From positions 32,001-96,000 of IMG/VR virus record IMGVR_UViG_3300044977_000094: a stretch of DNA of 64,000 bases. One strand, 5' to 3'. Every line of letters begins with the position of its first letter. The first letter of the stretch is position 1. The stretch is from a virus. This document shows, one piece after another, positions 46,672-55,522 of the stretch. A program made the position numbers and the translations under genes. A model generated the notes under the pieces. It saw only the letters and a program-made list of their open reading frames with translations. It made no database searches and was not told the DNA's origin.

Positions 46672-47556
46672 TCAGCTCAGCTGGGGCAGGTCGGTGCGGT
46701 CGAGGATCTCGGTGCGGATGTTCTTCGCGGTCGACTCGGAGGGGGAGCCGAGCTTGGCTTTGCTGATCGCGGCGGCGAACTCCGACGCGGTGGGCTGCCG
46801 GCGCAGGCGCGCGAACTCCGCGTGGAAGACCGGGGCGGCCACCTCAACCCACTCGTCCATGGACCGGCGGGTGGACTTGCCGGGCTTCTTGGCGGCAGGA
46901 CGCGGGGCTCGCTGGCGGGATGCTGGCGGCAGCTGGCGGTCGTCGCTGTCGACAGGATCGGGGGTTTTCTGGCGCTTGGTCAGGTCGACCTTGTCGCCAA
47001 CTGGCGGGGGCGAGCTGTCGACAGAAGTACCGCCAATTGGCGCTGGGCTGCCGACAGGATCGGGGATCGTCTTGGCGGCAGGAACTGCGTCTTCTGGCGC
47101 CAGGGGGGCGGTCGCGTTGGCGCCAGGAGCGGTGCGCTGGAGGGCGTTGTGGAACTGGCGCATGAGGGTGCCGAACGCCAGAAGCGCCGCGACGGGCGGG
47201 ACCGCGGCGACGACGTAGGTCATGATCGAGGCGTCCGAACCGACGCCGGCGACGTTCAGGGCGATGGAGCCGCCGGAGCCGATGACGGTGAGGCCGATGG
47301 CGGCGGCGTCGACGCGGCGGCTGAGGGAGGCGATGAGGAGCAGGATCTCGCCGATGACGATGAACAGGTCGACGGTGGCGGGCCATGCCCAGGCGCGGAC
47401 GCCGCCGAGGCCGTTGTTGTGGGCGACGGTGTGGAGGTGGGCGTAGGAGAGCCAGAAGGCTGCGGCGGTGAGGATGATTGTGCAGGCGACTGCGGCGACC
47501 GCGAGCCGGCGCAGCGTGGTGGCGGTGGCCACTGGCGGTTCGTCGGTCTCGGGCAC
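46672..47556 (-). CDS. DUF2637 / SpdA-like membrane DNA-binding protein
   Basis: AFWLSYAHL, AWAWP..VD, SIALNV, AAVPP; C-terminal HTH-like region. Confidence 0.8.
   Translation of the reverse strand: MPETDEPPVATATTLRRLAVAAVACTIILTAAAFWLSYAHLHTVAHNNGLGGVRAWAWPATVDLFIVIGEILLLIASLSRRVDAAAIGLTVIGSGGSIALNVAGVGSDASIMTYVVAAVPPVAALLAFGTLMRQFHNALQRTAPGANATAPLAPEDAVPAAKTIPDPVGSPAPIGGTSVDSSPPPVGDKVDLTKRQKTPDPVDSDDRQLPPASRQRAPRPAAKKPGKSTRRSMDEWVEVAAPVFHAEFARLRRQPTASEFAAAISKAKLGSPSESTAKNIRTEILDRTDLPQLS
46890..47125. repeat. array of nine TGNCGNCA palindromic octamers
   Basis: Starts at 46890, 46924, 46947, 46992, 47016, 47049, 47073, 47095, 47118. Confidence 0.75.
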
Positions 47557-47652
47557 GGTGGTGGTCTCCTGGCTGGGGTGGGTGGGGGGGTGGGTGGTGG
47601 CCGGGCTCGCGTCGCGTGGGGGGGTACGGCGCGGGCCCGGCCGGTCTGGGGG

Positions 47653-47991
47653 TTACTGCTGGGCGTCGGGCTTGGGGAGTGGCATGGCGCGGCAGGTGCT
47701 GGCGTGGTCCTGGGCCCAGTCGCGGGCCTGCGGTGTGGCTCGTTGGCCGTCTTCGTCTCGGAGCTGGGTGTAGTCGCCCTGATATAGCCATTCGATGGCG
47801 TGGAGGGCGTTGCAGCCGGTGCAGACGGCGCGGGTGTGGGTGAGGCGGTCGCTATCGCCGTAGCCGGCGATTTTGGCGAGCTCAACCGTTGCCCCGCCGA
47901 CGGTGAGGTAGCGGGCGAATGGCGGGTCGATCGGCACGGCTTGTTGTGCGATGGTGCCGCTCGGCCCGTAGATCCACTCGGGGCGGCTCAC
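47653..47991 (-). CDS. Zn-binding protein of actinomycete mobile elements
   Basis: CTGC...AQDHASTCRAMP. Confidence 0.65.
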   Translation of the reverse strand: MSRPEWIYGPSGTIAQQAVPIDPPFARYLTVGGATVELAKIAGYGDSDRLTHTRAVCTGCNALHAIEWLYQGDYTQLRDEDGQRATPQARDWAQDHASTCRAMPLPKPDAQQ

Positions 47992-48103
47992 AGGATCCTC
48001 CCGTCTGCGCTGGCCTGGAGGTGGACGTCCGTCTCGGGTTCGCGGTCTTCTGTGGTCTCGGCGGGGCTGGTGCTGTCGTCGTCGAAGAGCGTCGGCTCGC
48101 CGT

Positions 48104-48292
48104 TCATCGCTCACCGCCGGTCAGCTCGTCGCGGAAGGGCCGCCAGGCGTGCGGCTCGCCGATCCCGACGGGCTTCAATCCCTCGGCCGCGAGTGCCTGG
48201 TTGAGGTCGGCACGGGTGAACGACGGGGCACCGTAGGGCGCGGTGGGGATCCGGGGCTGTCCGGGGATCTGGCCGTCGGGGGTGGTGTTCAT
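48104..48292 (-). CDS. small hypothetical protein
   Basis: Coupled chain of genes. Confidence 0.45.
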   Translation of the reverse strand: MNTTPDGQIPGQPRIPTAPYGAPSFTRADLNQALAAEGLKPVGIGEPHAWRPFRDELTGGER

Positions 48293-48492
48293 GCGGCACC
48301 GCCGAGCTGGTTGGGCTCCAGGGCGAAGAACTGGACGGCGGGGCTGCTGATACCGCTCTGCCCCATGGCCCAGGCGAGAACGGAGTCGAATGCCCGCTCG
48401 CGGGTCTCGCCGGGCTGCTGGTGGTGGATGCCCTTGTAGGTGACGGTCTGCCCGTTGCCTTGGAGGGTGATGAGGTAGAGGTAGTCGTTCAT
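48289..48492 (-). CDS. small hypothetical protein
   Basis: YLYLITLQ...FFALEPNQL. Confidence 0.6.
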   Translation of the reverse strand: MNDYLYLITLQGNGQTVTYKGIHHQQPGETRERAFDSVLAWAMGQSGISSPAVQFFALEPNQLGGAA

Positions 48493-48713
48493 GCGACGCT
48501 CCCGACCGGCTCGGTGCGTCCGGCCCGGACGTGCTGCCAGCCGCCCCGGTCGGTGCGGGGCCAGGCGTCCTCGGGGATGTCGTGGCTGAGGGGCACGGCG
48601 ACGAGGCGCTGGGTGGGCAGCGTCGGCCGCGGGCCGAGGGGGCGCCTCGGGCTGGTGCCGAGGCCGGAGTGCGGGGTGTCTGTGCTGATCGGGGCGTGCT
48701 GGGTACTCTGCAT
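48489..48713 (-). CDS. small hypothetical protein, first gene of the transfer operon
   Basis: GAGGAAGG RBS. Confidence 0.5.
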   Translation of the reverse strand: MQSTQHAPISTDTPHSGLGTSPRRPLGPRPTLPTQRLVAVPLSHDIPEDAWPRTDRGGWQHVRAGRTEPVGSVA

Positions 48714-48828
48714 CTGGACCTTCCTCGATGGCTTAGCGGCGAGAGGTGGGTCTGGCCCCGGCCATGTGGCGTTGAGAGCGCCGGCCGGGGCCGTTTTGTA
48801 CTGGGACCGGGGACGGCCCCACGAGTCA

Positions 48829-48869
48829 AACCCTAGGGCTTGTCGCTAAGGCATGCAAGCCCTAGGGTT
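48829..48869. promoter_or_regulatory. operator: 14-bp inverted repeat, each arm containing CCCTAGGG
   Basis: AACCCTAGGGCTTG...CAAGCCCTAGGGTT between divergent genes. Confidence 0.7.
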
Positions 48870-48913
48870 GGCATCGTTGGGTCGCACTCCCCACAGACGA
48901 AGGGAGTGCGGGC

Positions 48914-49240
48914 GTGGCAAAGGAGCCCGAGGAGGTGAAGAGGCTATTGGAGGCCATCGCGGCGTTCGAGAGCATGGCGGACGACGCCGAGTGCACAGCA
49001 GCCGTATCACTGGCGCTGAACAGCATCCCGTCCCATCAAGCGCGCCTCCGCGAGCTACGCCAGGAACGCGTGCAGGCCCTCAGGGCCACAGGCATGACGT
49101 GGTCGCAGATCGCCGAGATCATCGGCGACGTTACCCCCGAGCGTGCCCAGCAGATCGCTAAGGGCCACAGCGGCGCGAGCCGCAAGAAGGCCAATAGGTC
49201 ACGATCGGCGGACTCCGAGCCGTCGAGGGGGGAGGATTGA
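48914..49240 (+). CDS. HTH regulator
   Basis: GMTWSQIAEIIGDVTPERAQQIA. Confidence 0.75.
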   Translation: MAKEPEEVKRLLEAIAAFESMADDAECTAAVSLALNSIPSHQARLRELRQERVQALRATGMTWSQIAEIIGDVTPERAQQIAKGHSGASRKKANRSRSADSEPSRGED

Positions 49241-49243
49241 CCC

Positions 49244-49633
49244 ATGCTGAAGGACTTCACCGCTGCCCAGCTGGCCGATGCCCTAGAGGGCATGGAGGGG
49301 CACCCGCACAACACCGGTGGTCTGTCAATGCTGGACGAAGCAACGCTGGCCTACGGCTGGAGGCTCCCGGCGATCGCGCAGGCGCAAGAGGCGTTCTCTG
49401 CCGCCCGGCACGCGCACAAGGGCTCCTACATGACGGAAACCGGCAGCTACACCGACGAGTCGTGGCAGGCGGCCCTGGATGCCGCTTCGGGTCTCGCGGC
49501 GGAGCTCCGGAAGCTCGGCAACTACCGGCTGCCGCGCTGCGCTAAGCCATCGAAGTTCGGGCCCACGTGTGACATGGCGCTCGATGACGACGGCGAGTGC
49601 CGCAGCCAGTGGCACCTCCCGACCGCCGAGTAG
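49244..49633 (+). CDS. hypothetical protein
   Basis: GGAGG RBS; C-terminal Cys/His. Confidence 0.6.
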   Translation: MLKDFTAAQLADALEGMEGHPHNTGGLSMLDEATLAYGWRLPAIAQAQEAFSAARHAHKGSYMTETGSYTDESWQAALDAASGLAAELRKLGNYRLPRCAKPSKFGPTCDMALDDDGECRSQWHLPTAE

Positions 49634-49648
49634 CCCCCGCCAACGCCT

Positions 49649-49685
49649 GCGCCCCGCCTCCCGTCCATCGGGAAGGCGGGGCGCA
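49649..49685. terminator. hairpin between convergent genes
   Basis: GCGCCCCGCCT...AGGCGGGGCGC. Confidence 0.6.
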
Positions 49686-49874
49686 GTGTCGTGCGGTCAG
49701 TCCTGCTCGCTCGTTTCGGGGATCAGGAACGTCTTGATCCGGAACGGGGCGTCCGGGCGTTCGGGCCAGACGGCCTGGGGCTTGGCCTGCTGCACGGCCT
49801 CATAGCCAGCCACTAGGTGGGCGTGTTTCTCGCTGATGTACCTCACCGCGGGCTCCTCTCGACGGGCAACCAGT

Positions 49875-50366
49875 CTAGGACCCCGGGTGCTTCGGCTCCT
49901 TCTGCGGCTCGATCGCACACTCGGGCGGGCTGTGCTGGCACTGGGCGGCGACCGAGATGTTGCCGTCCGTGGGGCCGGCCCACAGTGCCTCGTCGACCGT
50001 GAAGCCGGCTCGGCGGATGGCGTCGGTGGTGCGGGTGAGGATGTCCGGGTCGTAGAAGGTCGGGTCGTAGCCGGGGGAGTGGTGCACGAACGGGCCATGC
50101 TCGGCGCAGAGCTGGGCGTAGGGGCGGGTGTGGAGGATGAGGGCGTGCCAGCCTTCGTCGACGACGCGGGACGGGGCGAGGGGGATGCCGGGGTGGGTGG
50201 CTCCGGCGACGACGAACTTGACGGCCTCGGCGGTGATCCGTTCGGCGAGGCCCTGGGTCATGCCGGGGTTGTTGTCGAGGACGGTGTTGACGACGCCGGT
50301 GAACTGGGCGTCGGTGAGCAGGGTGCGCGGGTCTTGTTTGAGGGTGGTGATCGGTGGAGTGCTCAT
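49875..50366 (-). CDS. glycine-rich-domain-like (DUF1399-related) protein
   Basis: PSRVVDEGWHALILHT..Y...C...FVHHSP. Confidence 0.7.
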   Translation of the reverse strand: MSTPPITTLKQDPRTLLTDAQFTGVVNTVLDNNPGMTQGLAERITAEAVKFVVAGATHPGIPLAPSRVVDEGWHALILHTRPYAQLCAEHGPFVHHSPGYDPTFYDPDILTRTTDAIRRAGFTVDEALWAGPTDGNISVAAQCQHSPPECAIEPQKEPKHPGS

Positions 50367-50418
50367 GGGCGTCTCCTGGGATTGGGCGGTGTGCGGGTGT
50401 GCAACACCGCATCCGTTT

Positions 50419-50428
50419 GTCCTAGGAC
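50419..50428. promoter_or_regulatory. putative GntR operator GTCCTAGGAC
   Basis: Perfect palindrome upstream of the GntR gene. Confidence 0.5.
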
Positions 50429-50495
50429 TATCGTGCGCGCGACGTGATGGACCGTCAATAGGGCTGGGACTACCCTGATCGCCAAGGAGGACACT

Positions 50496-51254
50496 ATGGA
50501 CACCCCCGCCTACCAGCACATCGCAGACCACTTGCGCACCGCCATCGAACGCGGCGACTACCACCCCGGCGACACCCTTCCGAAACTCACCGACCTCATG
50601 GCCCAGTACACGGTGTCCAAATCCACCGCCGCCGAAGCCATCGCCCTACTCGAAGCCGAAGGCCTCGTCGAAGCCGTCCGCCGCCGCGGCACCGTCGTCC
50701 GCGCCCTGCCGGTCCGCCGGCGCCTGACCCGCGCCAGACAGGTCTACCGGGACGACCGCGGCTACTACTTCGACCCCACCGCCCAACCCTGGACCGCCCT
50801 CGAACGACCGATCGTCACCTGGGGCCGGGCACCCGCGGACGTCGCCGGCCTGCTCGGCGTCGACCCCGGCGAGGACGTCCTGGTCCGCGACCGCATCATG
50901 GGCGACCCCGACACCCGCAAGCCCATGCAGCTCGCCACCAGCTACCTCCCCGCCGCTGTCGCCCGCGGCACCCGGCTCGCGGAGGTCGACACCGGGCCGG
51001 GCGGGATCTACGACCTGCTGGAGGGCATGGGGCACCGGCCGCTGCTGTGGTCGGAGAGCGTCAGCGCCCGCATGCCGACACCAGTCGAGGCCGCGCGCCT
51101 GGGTTTGGTGAAGGGTGTGCCGCTGCTACGGATCGCCCGCACCGCCACCGGGGCCGGCGGGACCGTGGTGGAGGTCAACGACACGCGCATGTCCGCCGAG
51201 GAGTTCGAGATCGGGTACTCCATCCGGCGGCACCCCTCGGCCGAGCTGGGCTGA
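50496..51254 (+). CDS. GntR/HutC-family regulator with UTRA domain (KorSA/TraR-like)
   Basis: YQHIADHLR..I..G...PGDTLP; QLATSYLP; ARMPT..EA..L. Confidence 0.9.
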   Translation: MDTPAYQHIADHLRTAIERGDYHPGDTLPKLTDLMAQYTVSKSTAAEAIALLEAEGLVEAVRRRGTVVRALPVRRRLTRARQVYRDDRGYYFDPTAQPWTALERPIVTWGRAPADVAGLLGVDPGEDVLVRDRIMGDPDTRKPMQLATSYLPAAVARGTRLAEVDTGPGGIYDLLEGMGHRPLLWSESVSARMPTPVEAARLGLVKGVPLLRIARTATGAGGTVVEVNDTRMSAEEFEIGYSIRRHPSAELG

Positions 51255-51305
51255 CGCAGCAGCCGGCCCCGTGTCCGGGAGGGCGCGGGGCCTTACTCTG
51301 GCTGC

Positions 51306-52040
51306 ATGGCCGCCGATACCCCCGCCGAGCCCGTGTTCCGATCCGATGTCACTGTCGGGCTGGTGCGCTCCAGTGCCCAGGACGCGGACGTGCTGTTCGC
51401 CGCCCGGGTGTCCACCGCTGGCGAGCAGTCCCTGGACGAGCTCCGCAAGGACCCGGCCCGCTCGAAGGGCCTGATCAACTACCTGATGCGGGACCGGCAC
51501 GGTACCCCGTTCGAGCACAACTCGATGACCTTCCTGGTCCACGCGCCGATCTTCGTGTTCCGCGAGTTCCAGCGGCACCGCGTCGGCTTCTCCTACAACG
51601 AGGAGAGCGGCCGCTACCGCGAGCTCCAGCCGGTCTTCTACGTCCCGGGCCCGGACCGCAAGCTGGTGCAGCAGGGCCGTCCGGGGAAGTACGAGTTCTT
51701 CGAGGGCACGCCCGGGCAGCAGGCGAGCGTCGCCCAGACGATGGAGGAGTCCTACCGCCAGTCCTATGCCGCCTACCAGCAGATGCTGGCCGACGGTGTG
51801 GCCCGGGAGGTGGCCCGGGCGGTCCTGCCAGTGGGCTTGTTCTCCTCGATGTACGCGACCTGCAACGCCCGCTCGCTGATGCACTTCCTGTCGCTGCGCA
51901 CCAAGGACGACCGCGCCAAGGTGCCCTCCTTCCCGCAGCGGGAGATCGAGATGGTCGCTGAGAAGATGGAACAGCAGTGGGCCACGCTGATGCCCCTCAC
52001 GCATGCCGCCTTCAACGAGCACGGGCGCGTCGCGCCGTAG
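51306..52040 (+). CDS. thyX: FAD-dependent thymidylate synthase
   Basis: HGTPFEH, RHRVGFSYNEESGRY, AREVARAVLP, NARSLMHFLSLR. Confidence 0.96.
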   Translation: MAADTPAEPVFRSDVTVGLVRSSAQDADVLFAARVSTAGEQSLDELRKDPARSKGLINYLMRDRHGTPFEHNSMTFLVHAPIFVFREFQRHRVGFSYNEESGRYRELQPVFYVPGPDRKLVQQGRPGKYEFFEGTPGQQASVAQTMEESYRQSYAAYQQMLADGVAREVARAVLPVGLFSSMYATCNARSLMHFLSLRTKDDRAKVPSFPQREIEMVAEKMEQQWATLMPLTHAAFNEHGRVAP

Positions 52041-52049
52041 GCGGGCGGG

Positions 52050-52592
52050 CTACTCGGCGTCGGGGTCCGTGAGCGGCCGCCGGTGCCGATGCTTGGCCAG
52101 CCTGTCCAGTACGCCCTCGGCGGTAGCGGTGGCCTTCGCTTCGGCCCGGGCGGTCATCCGGAATTCCCGCCGTCCTGCCGGCTTGGAGCGGGATTGCCAG
52201 GCGTTCCAGTACTCGCCGTCGTCGTCCTCGGGCAGGCGAAGCGGTGCTTTGCCCTCGGCCCAGTCCCAGACCACGGCTGCCATGTCCTCGTAGTCGTCGA
52301 GCAGGACCAGCGGGCCCACGCTGACCGGTTCCAGCAGGAGGGCTGATGGTGGGACGTCGAAGGCGACGGCCAAGGCCATGAGGTCGTCGGTGTCGACTCG
52401 GCGCGATCCGTTCTCGATCTTGGTGATGGCGGAGGCGGCGATAGGTCGGCCCAGGTCGGCCAGGATGCCGGCCAGCCTGTAGGTGGACAGGCCGAGGGCC
52501 GTGCGGAGGCGTCCGACGTTTCGTGCCACTGCCTGCCCCGTCGGGCCCAGCTCGTTGGGCTTACGCCGCGTCTTCTTCTCGTCCGCCTCCAT
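52050..52592 (-). CDS. XRE-family HTH repressor
   Basis: ITKIENGSRRVDTDDLMALAVAFDV; divergent from the Cro/Xis-like gene. Confidence 0.85.
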   Translation of the reverse strand: MEADEKKTRRKPNELGPTGQAVARNVGRLRTALGLSTYRLAGILADLGRPIAASAITKIENGSRRVDTDDLMALAVAFDVPPSALLLEPVSVGPLVLLDDYEDMAAVVWDWAEGKAPLRLPEDDDGEYWNAWQSRSKPAGRREFRMTARAEAKATATAEGVLDRLAKHRHRRPLTDPDAE

Positions 52593-52695
52593 GGCAGCAG
52601 CCTCTCACGCGATCTACCGGTTCAACCAACGACATGGAGCGATGTAGCCGTATATACTTCTAACATCGAAGCACGCGAGTGATAGAAGGAAGCAA

Positions 52696-52923
52696 ATGCT
52701 CGTAGAAGAAATGCAGCTGGTCGGAGACCCTGAAGACCTACTCACACCCCGCGAGGTCTCGGCGATCACCCGGCTCAAACTCCAGACCCTCGCCGACCAC
52801 CGCTGGAGGAAGGTCGGCATCCCCTACATCAAGCTCGGCAAAGGGCCCCGCGGCCACGTCCGCTACCGCCGACGCGACGTCATGGCCTACCTGACAGACC
52901 CACTGGCGCAGGGCGCCGGCTAG
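52696..52923 (+). CDS. Xis/AlpA-like HTH protein
   Basis: LLTPREVS...QTLA..R...GIPYIKLG...VRYRRRDV. Confidence 0.85.
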   Translation: MLVEEMQLVGDPEDLLTPREVSAITRLKLQTLADHRWRKVGIPYIKLGKGPRGHVRYRRRDVMAYLTDPLAQGAG

Positions 52924-52971
52924 GACGCACCGCACAGTCATTCCCTGTCGCGACGTCCGAGAGAGAAGCAC

Positions 52972-53877
52972 GTGAGCCTCGAAGCGATGGACTGGGTGTG
53001 GGATCACTCCCGCTCCAAAGGCGTCGGCCGCATGGTGATGCTGGCCCTCGCCGACAAGGCGCTGCCCTCGGACACGGAGTGCAAGGCGTACGGCTCGCTG
53101 ACCTTCCTCCAGAAGCGCGCCAACTGCACCCGAGAGGCGGTAACCGCCGCACTGTCGGTCTTGCTGGCGTTGGGCGAACTGGAGGTCGTCGAAGGCGAAA
53201 AGGGCCCGTACGGGGCCAGCGTGTACCGACTCCCTAAGGCCATTGGCCATGCCCGTCTCAGGTCGTTCGAACGCTCCAATCGGTCGGCTCACCCGACCGA
53301 TTCAAGTTCGACAAGCGGTCGGCTCAGCCGACCAGGGGTAGTCGGCTCACCCGACCAATCCGGAGCGGAATCGGTCGGCTCACCCGACCCCAACACCACC
53401 ACCCCACCAAGAACCACCACCTCCGCGCCTACCGACCCGCCTGCCCCACCCTCTCCATCCGGAGGAGGCGGAGGAGATCAACAACAGGAAGCCGAGGGCT
53501 TCCTCCAGTCGCTGCCCCCGCCGTGGACGGCAGGACCTGTGGACGCCCGCAAGCTCGCCCCACTGCTCCTGGAGCGCACCGAAGCGCAAGGCTGGGACCT
53601 CGACCCCGCCCTCGCCGCCGAGCTGACGAAGAACCCCGGTGGCATCGAGCGCTACGCCTCGGTCCTGCCGCGGCGAATCGCCAACCTCGTCAAGAAACCC
53701 ACCGGCCACAAACCCACCGGCCACCAGTCCCGCGCTTCGCCCGCCCTGCCGCCGTGGTGCGAGGACCCCGACTGCGACCGGGCCACCCGCTACCGAACCA
53801 CCGAAGACGACAACGGCTACCCCCTCGCCACGCCCTGCCGCGCCTGCCACCCCGACCACGCCAAGGAAGCAGCATGA
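52972..53877 (+). CDS. phage replication initiator
   Basis: AMDWVW..S...RMVMLALAD wHTH; internal iterons; precedes DnaB. Confidence 0.8.
   Translation: MSLEAMDWVWDHSRSKGVGRMVMLALADKALPSDTECKAYGSLTFLQKRANCTREAVTAALSVLLALGELEVVEGEKGPYGASVYRLPKAIGHARLRSFERSNRSAHPTDSSSTSGRLSRPGVVGSPDQSGAESVGSPDPNTTTPPRTTTSAPTDPPAPPSPSGGGGGDQQQEAEGFLQSLPPPWTAGPVDARKLAPLLLERTEAQGWDLDPALAAELTKNPGGIERYASVLPRRIANLVKKPTGHKPTGHQSRASPALPPWCEDPDCDRATRYRTTEDDNGYPLATPCRACHPDHAKEAA
53281..53389. repeat. four iterons GTCGGCTCA(C/G)CCGACC (putative ori)
   Basis: Cores at 53283, 53318, 53341, 53374. Confidence 0.8.
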
Positions 53878-55214
53878 CCACCGGCCCCGACGACTACCCC
53901 GACGAGGACCCGCGCCCCCGCGACATCCCCGCCGAGCAAGCCCTCCTCGGCAGCATGCTCCTCGGCGAACGCGCCATCGACGACGCCGCCGACACCCTCG
54001 CCGGCCCCGACGACTACTACCGCGAAGCCCACCAGCTCATCCACACCGCGATCCTCGAAGTCCACGGCCAAGCCGGAGCCCGAGCCGACCCCATCACCGT
54101 CGAGGCCCAGCTCCGCAAAAGCGGGGTCCTGGAGCGCTGCGGCGGCGCACCGTACCTGTTCCGCCTCGCCAACAGCGTCCCCGTCAGCGCGAACGCCGAC
54201 TGGTACGCCGGCATCGTCCGCGACACCGCCAAGCTCCGCCGGATCTACGAGGCCGCCACCCGCATCGCCAACCAGGCCCTGGCCCGCGAAGACCCCGACG
54301 ACGTCCTCGACGCCGCCGTATCCGCCTTCCAGGCACTGATCATCAACGCCCCTGCTGACGCGCCCAAGCTGTCCGTCGCCGACCGCTGGGACGACTTCGT
54401 CGACCAGCTCGAAGCCGGAGAAGACCCCAACGCCCTCGACACCCCCTGGAAAGACGTCAACGAGGTCACCAGCTTCAAGCCCGGCGACGTCATCGCCGTC
54501 GGCGCGGAGACCTCCGGCGGAAAGTCCCTCCTCGGCTTCAACTGCGCCGCGCACGTCGCCCTGCGCCGCAAGCGGCCCGTCCTGGTCGCGAGCATGGAGA
54601 TGGGAGGCACCGAGCTCCTCGCCCGCCTCACCGCGGCCGAAGCCGGCGTGGACCTGTCGCGGCTGGTGAACCGGCAGCTCCTCGAATCCGACTGGGAGCG
54701 CATTGCCCGTGTCGCCGAGCGCCTGCGCGGTGCCGACAACTTCGTCCTGGACGACTCGCCCGGCCTGTCCCTGTCGAAGATCCGCGCCCGGATCAGGTGG
54801 ATGACGTCCAAGGGCACACCCCCGGCGCTGGTCGTCGCGGACTACCTCCAGCTCATCACCCCCGAAGGCCCCGGCGGCCGGAACCGCACACAGGAAGTCG
54901 CGGACATCTCCCGCGGGTTGAAGCTCATGGCCATGGAGTTCAAGGTGCCCGTCCTGGCCCTGGCCCAGTTCAACCGCGGGCAGGTCGGGCGCAAGCCGCT
55001 GGTGTCGGACTTCAAGGACTCCTCGCAGATCGAGCAGGACTCGAACGTGATCCTGCTGATCTCCAAGGACATCCCCGACGACCCGTCGAACCCGGCGCCG
55101 GACAACGGGATCAGGCACGTTGAGGTGGCGAAGAACCGGAACGGGCCGCGGGGTCGCGAGGTGGACCTTCAGCAGCAGGGGCACTATGCGCGGCTGGTGT
55201 CGCTCGCCCGGTAG
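53874..55214 (+). CDS. dnaB: replicative DNA helicase
   Basis: AEQALLGSML, GGKS, SMEM, DYLQL, LAQFNR, IEQDS, AKNRNGP. Confidence 0.93.
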   Translation: MTTGPDDYPDEDPRPRDIPAEQALLGSMLLGERAIDDAADTLAGPDDYYREAHQLIHTAILEVHGQAGARADPITVEAQLRKSGVLERCGGAPYLFRLANSVPVSANADWYAGIVRDTAKLRRIYEAATRIANQALAREDPDDVLDAAVSAFQALIINAPADAPKLSVADRWDDFVDQLEAGEDPNALDTPWKDVNEVTSFKPGDVIAVGAETSGGKSLLGFNCAAHVALRRKRPVLVASMEMGGTELLARLTAAEAGVDLSRLVNRQLLESDWERIARVAERLRGADNFVLDDSPGLSLSKIRARIRWMTSKGTPPALVVADYLQLITPEGPGGRNRTQEVADISRGLKLMAMEFKVPVLALAQFNRGQVGRKPLVSDFKDSSQIEQDSNVILLISKDIPDDPSNPAPDNGIRHVEVAKNRNGPRGREVDLQQQGHYARLVSLAR

Positions 55215-55216
55215 GG

Positions 55217-55426
55217 CTACTCGTCGGGGGAGTGGGCGCGGGGTGCTGGCCGCTCGGGTAGCTCGGCCCCGGGTCGTCGTACGAACCATTCGTAGAGCTG
55301 CTTGGTGACGGCGGACCTGTCGAGGCCGAGCGCCTCAGCAGCGTTGGAGAGGTCGGCCCAGAGGTCGTCGTCGATCTGGCGGATGCCGCGGAGCTTCTTC
55401 GAATGCTGGTTGGCCATGAAAGCCAT
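55217..55426 (-). CDS. small ribbon-helix-helix-like regulator
   Basis: RGIRQIDDDLW...DRSAV...WF...PGAELPERP. Confidence 0.7.
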   Translation of the reverse strand: MAFMANQHSKKLRGIRQIDDDLWADLSNAAEALGLDRSAVTKQLYEWFVRRPGAELPERPAPRAHSPDE

Positions 55427-55433
55427 GGTGACG

Positions 55434-55487
55434 GGTGGTTGACCACCTGTCTAGGCAGTGTCATCCTTAGAGGGTGGTTAACCACCC
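55434..55487. promoter_or_regulatory. two palindromic operators GGTGGTT(G/A)ACCACC
   Basis: 55434-55447 and 55472-55487, between divergent genes. Confidence 0.75.
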
Positions 55488-55522
55488 CTGATCTGCTAAT
55501 GATCTACGCGAAGGAGATCACC

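Larger units (their letters stand above)
2651..48713 (-). mobile_element. prophage/phage-plasmid left arm (late genes, accessory genes, transfer module)
   Basis: Canonical terminase-portal-capsid-tail-lysis order, co-oriented with upstream accessory genes. Confidence 0.9.

Noticed and set aside
53523-53873. DnaB N-terminal extension or intein
   Set aside because: The likely start is 53874, coupled to the rep stop; normal length and no intein motifs
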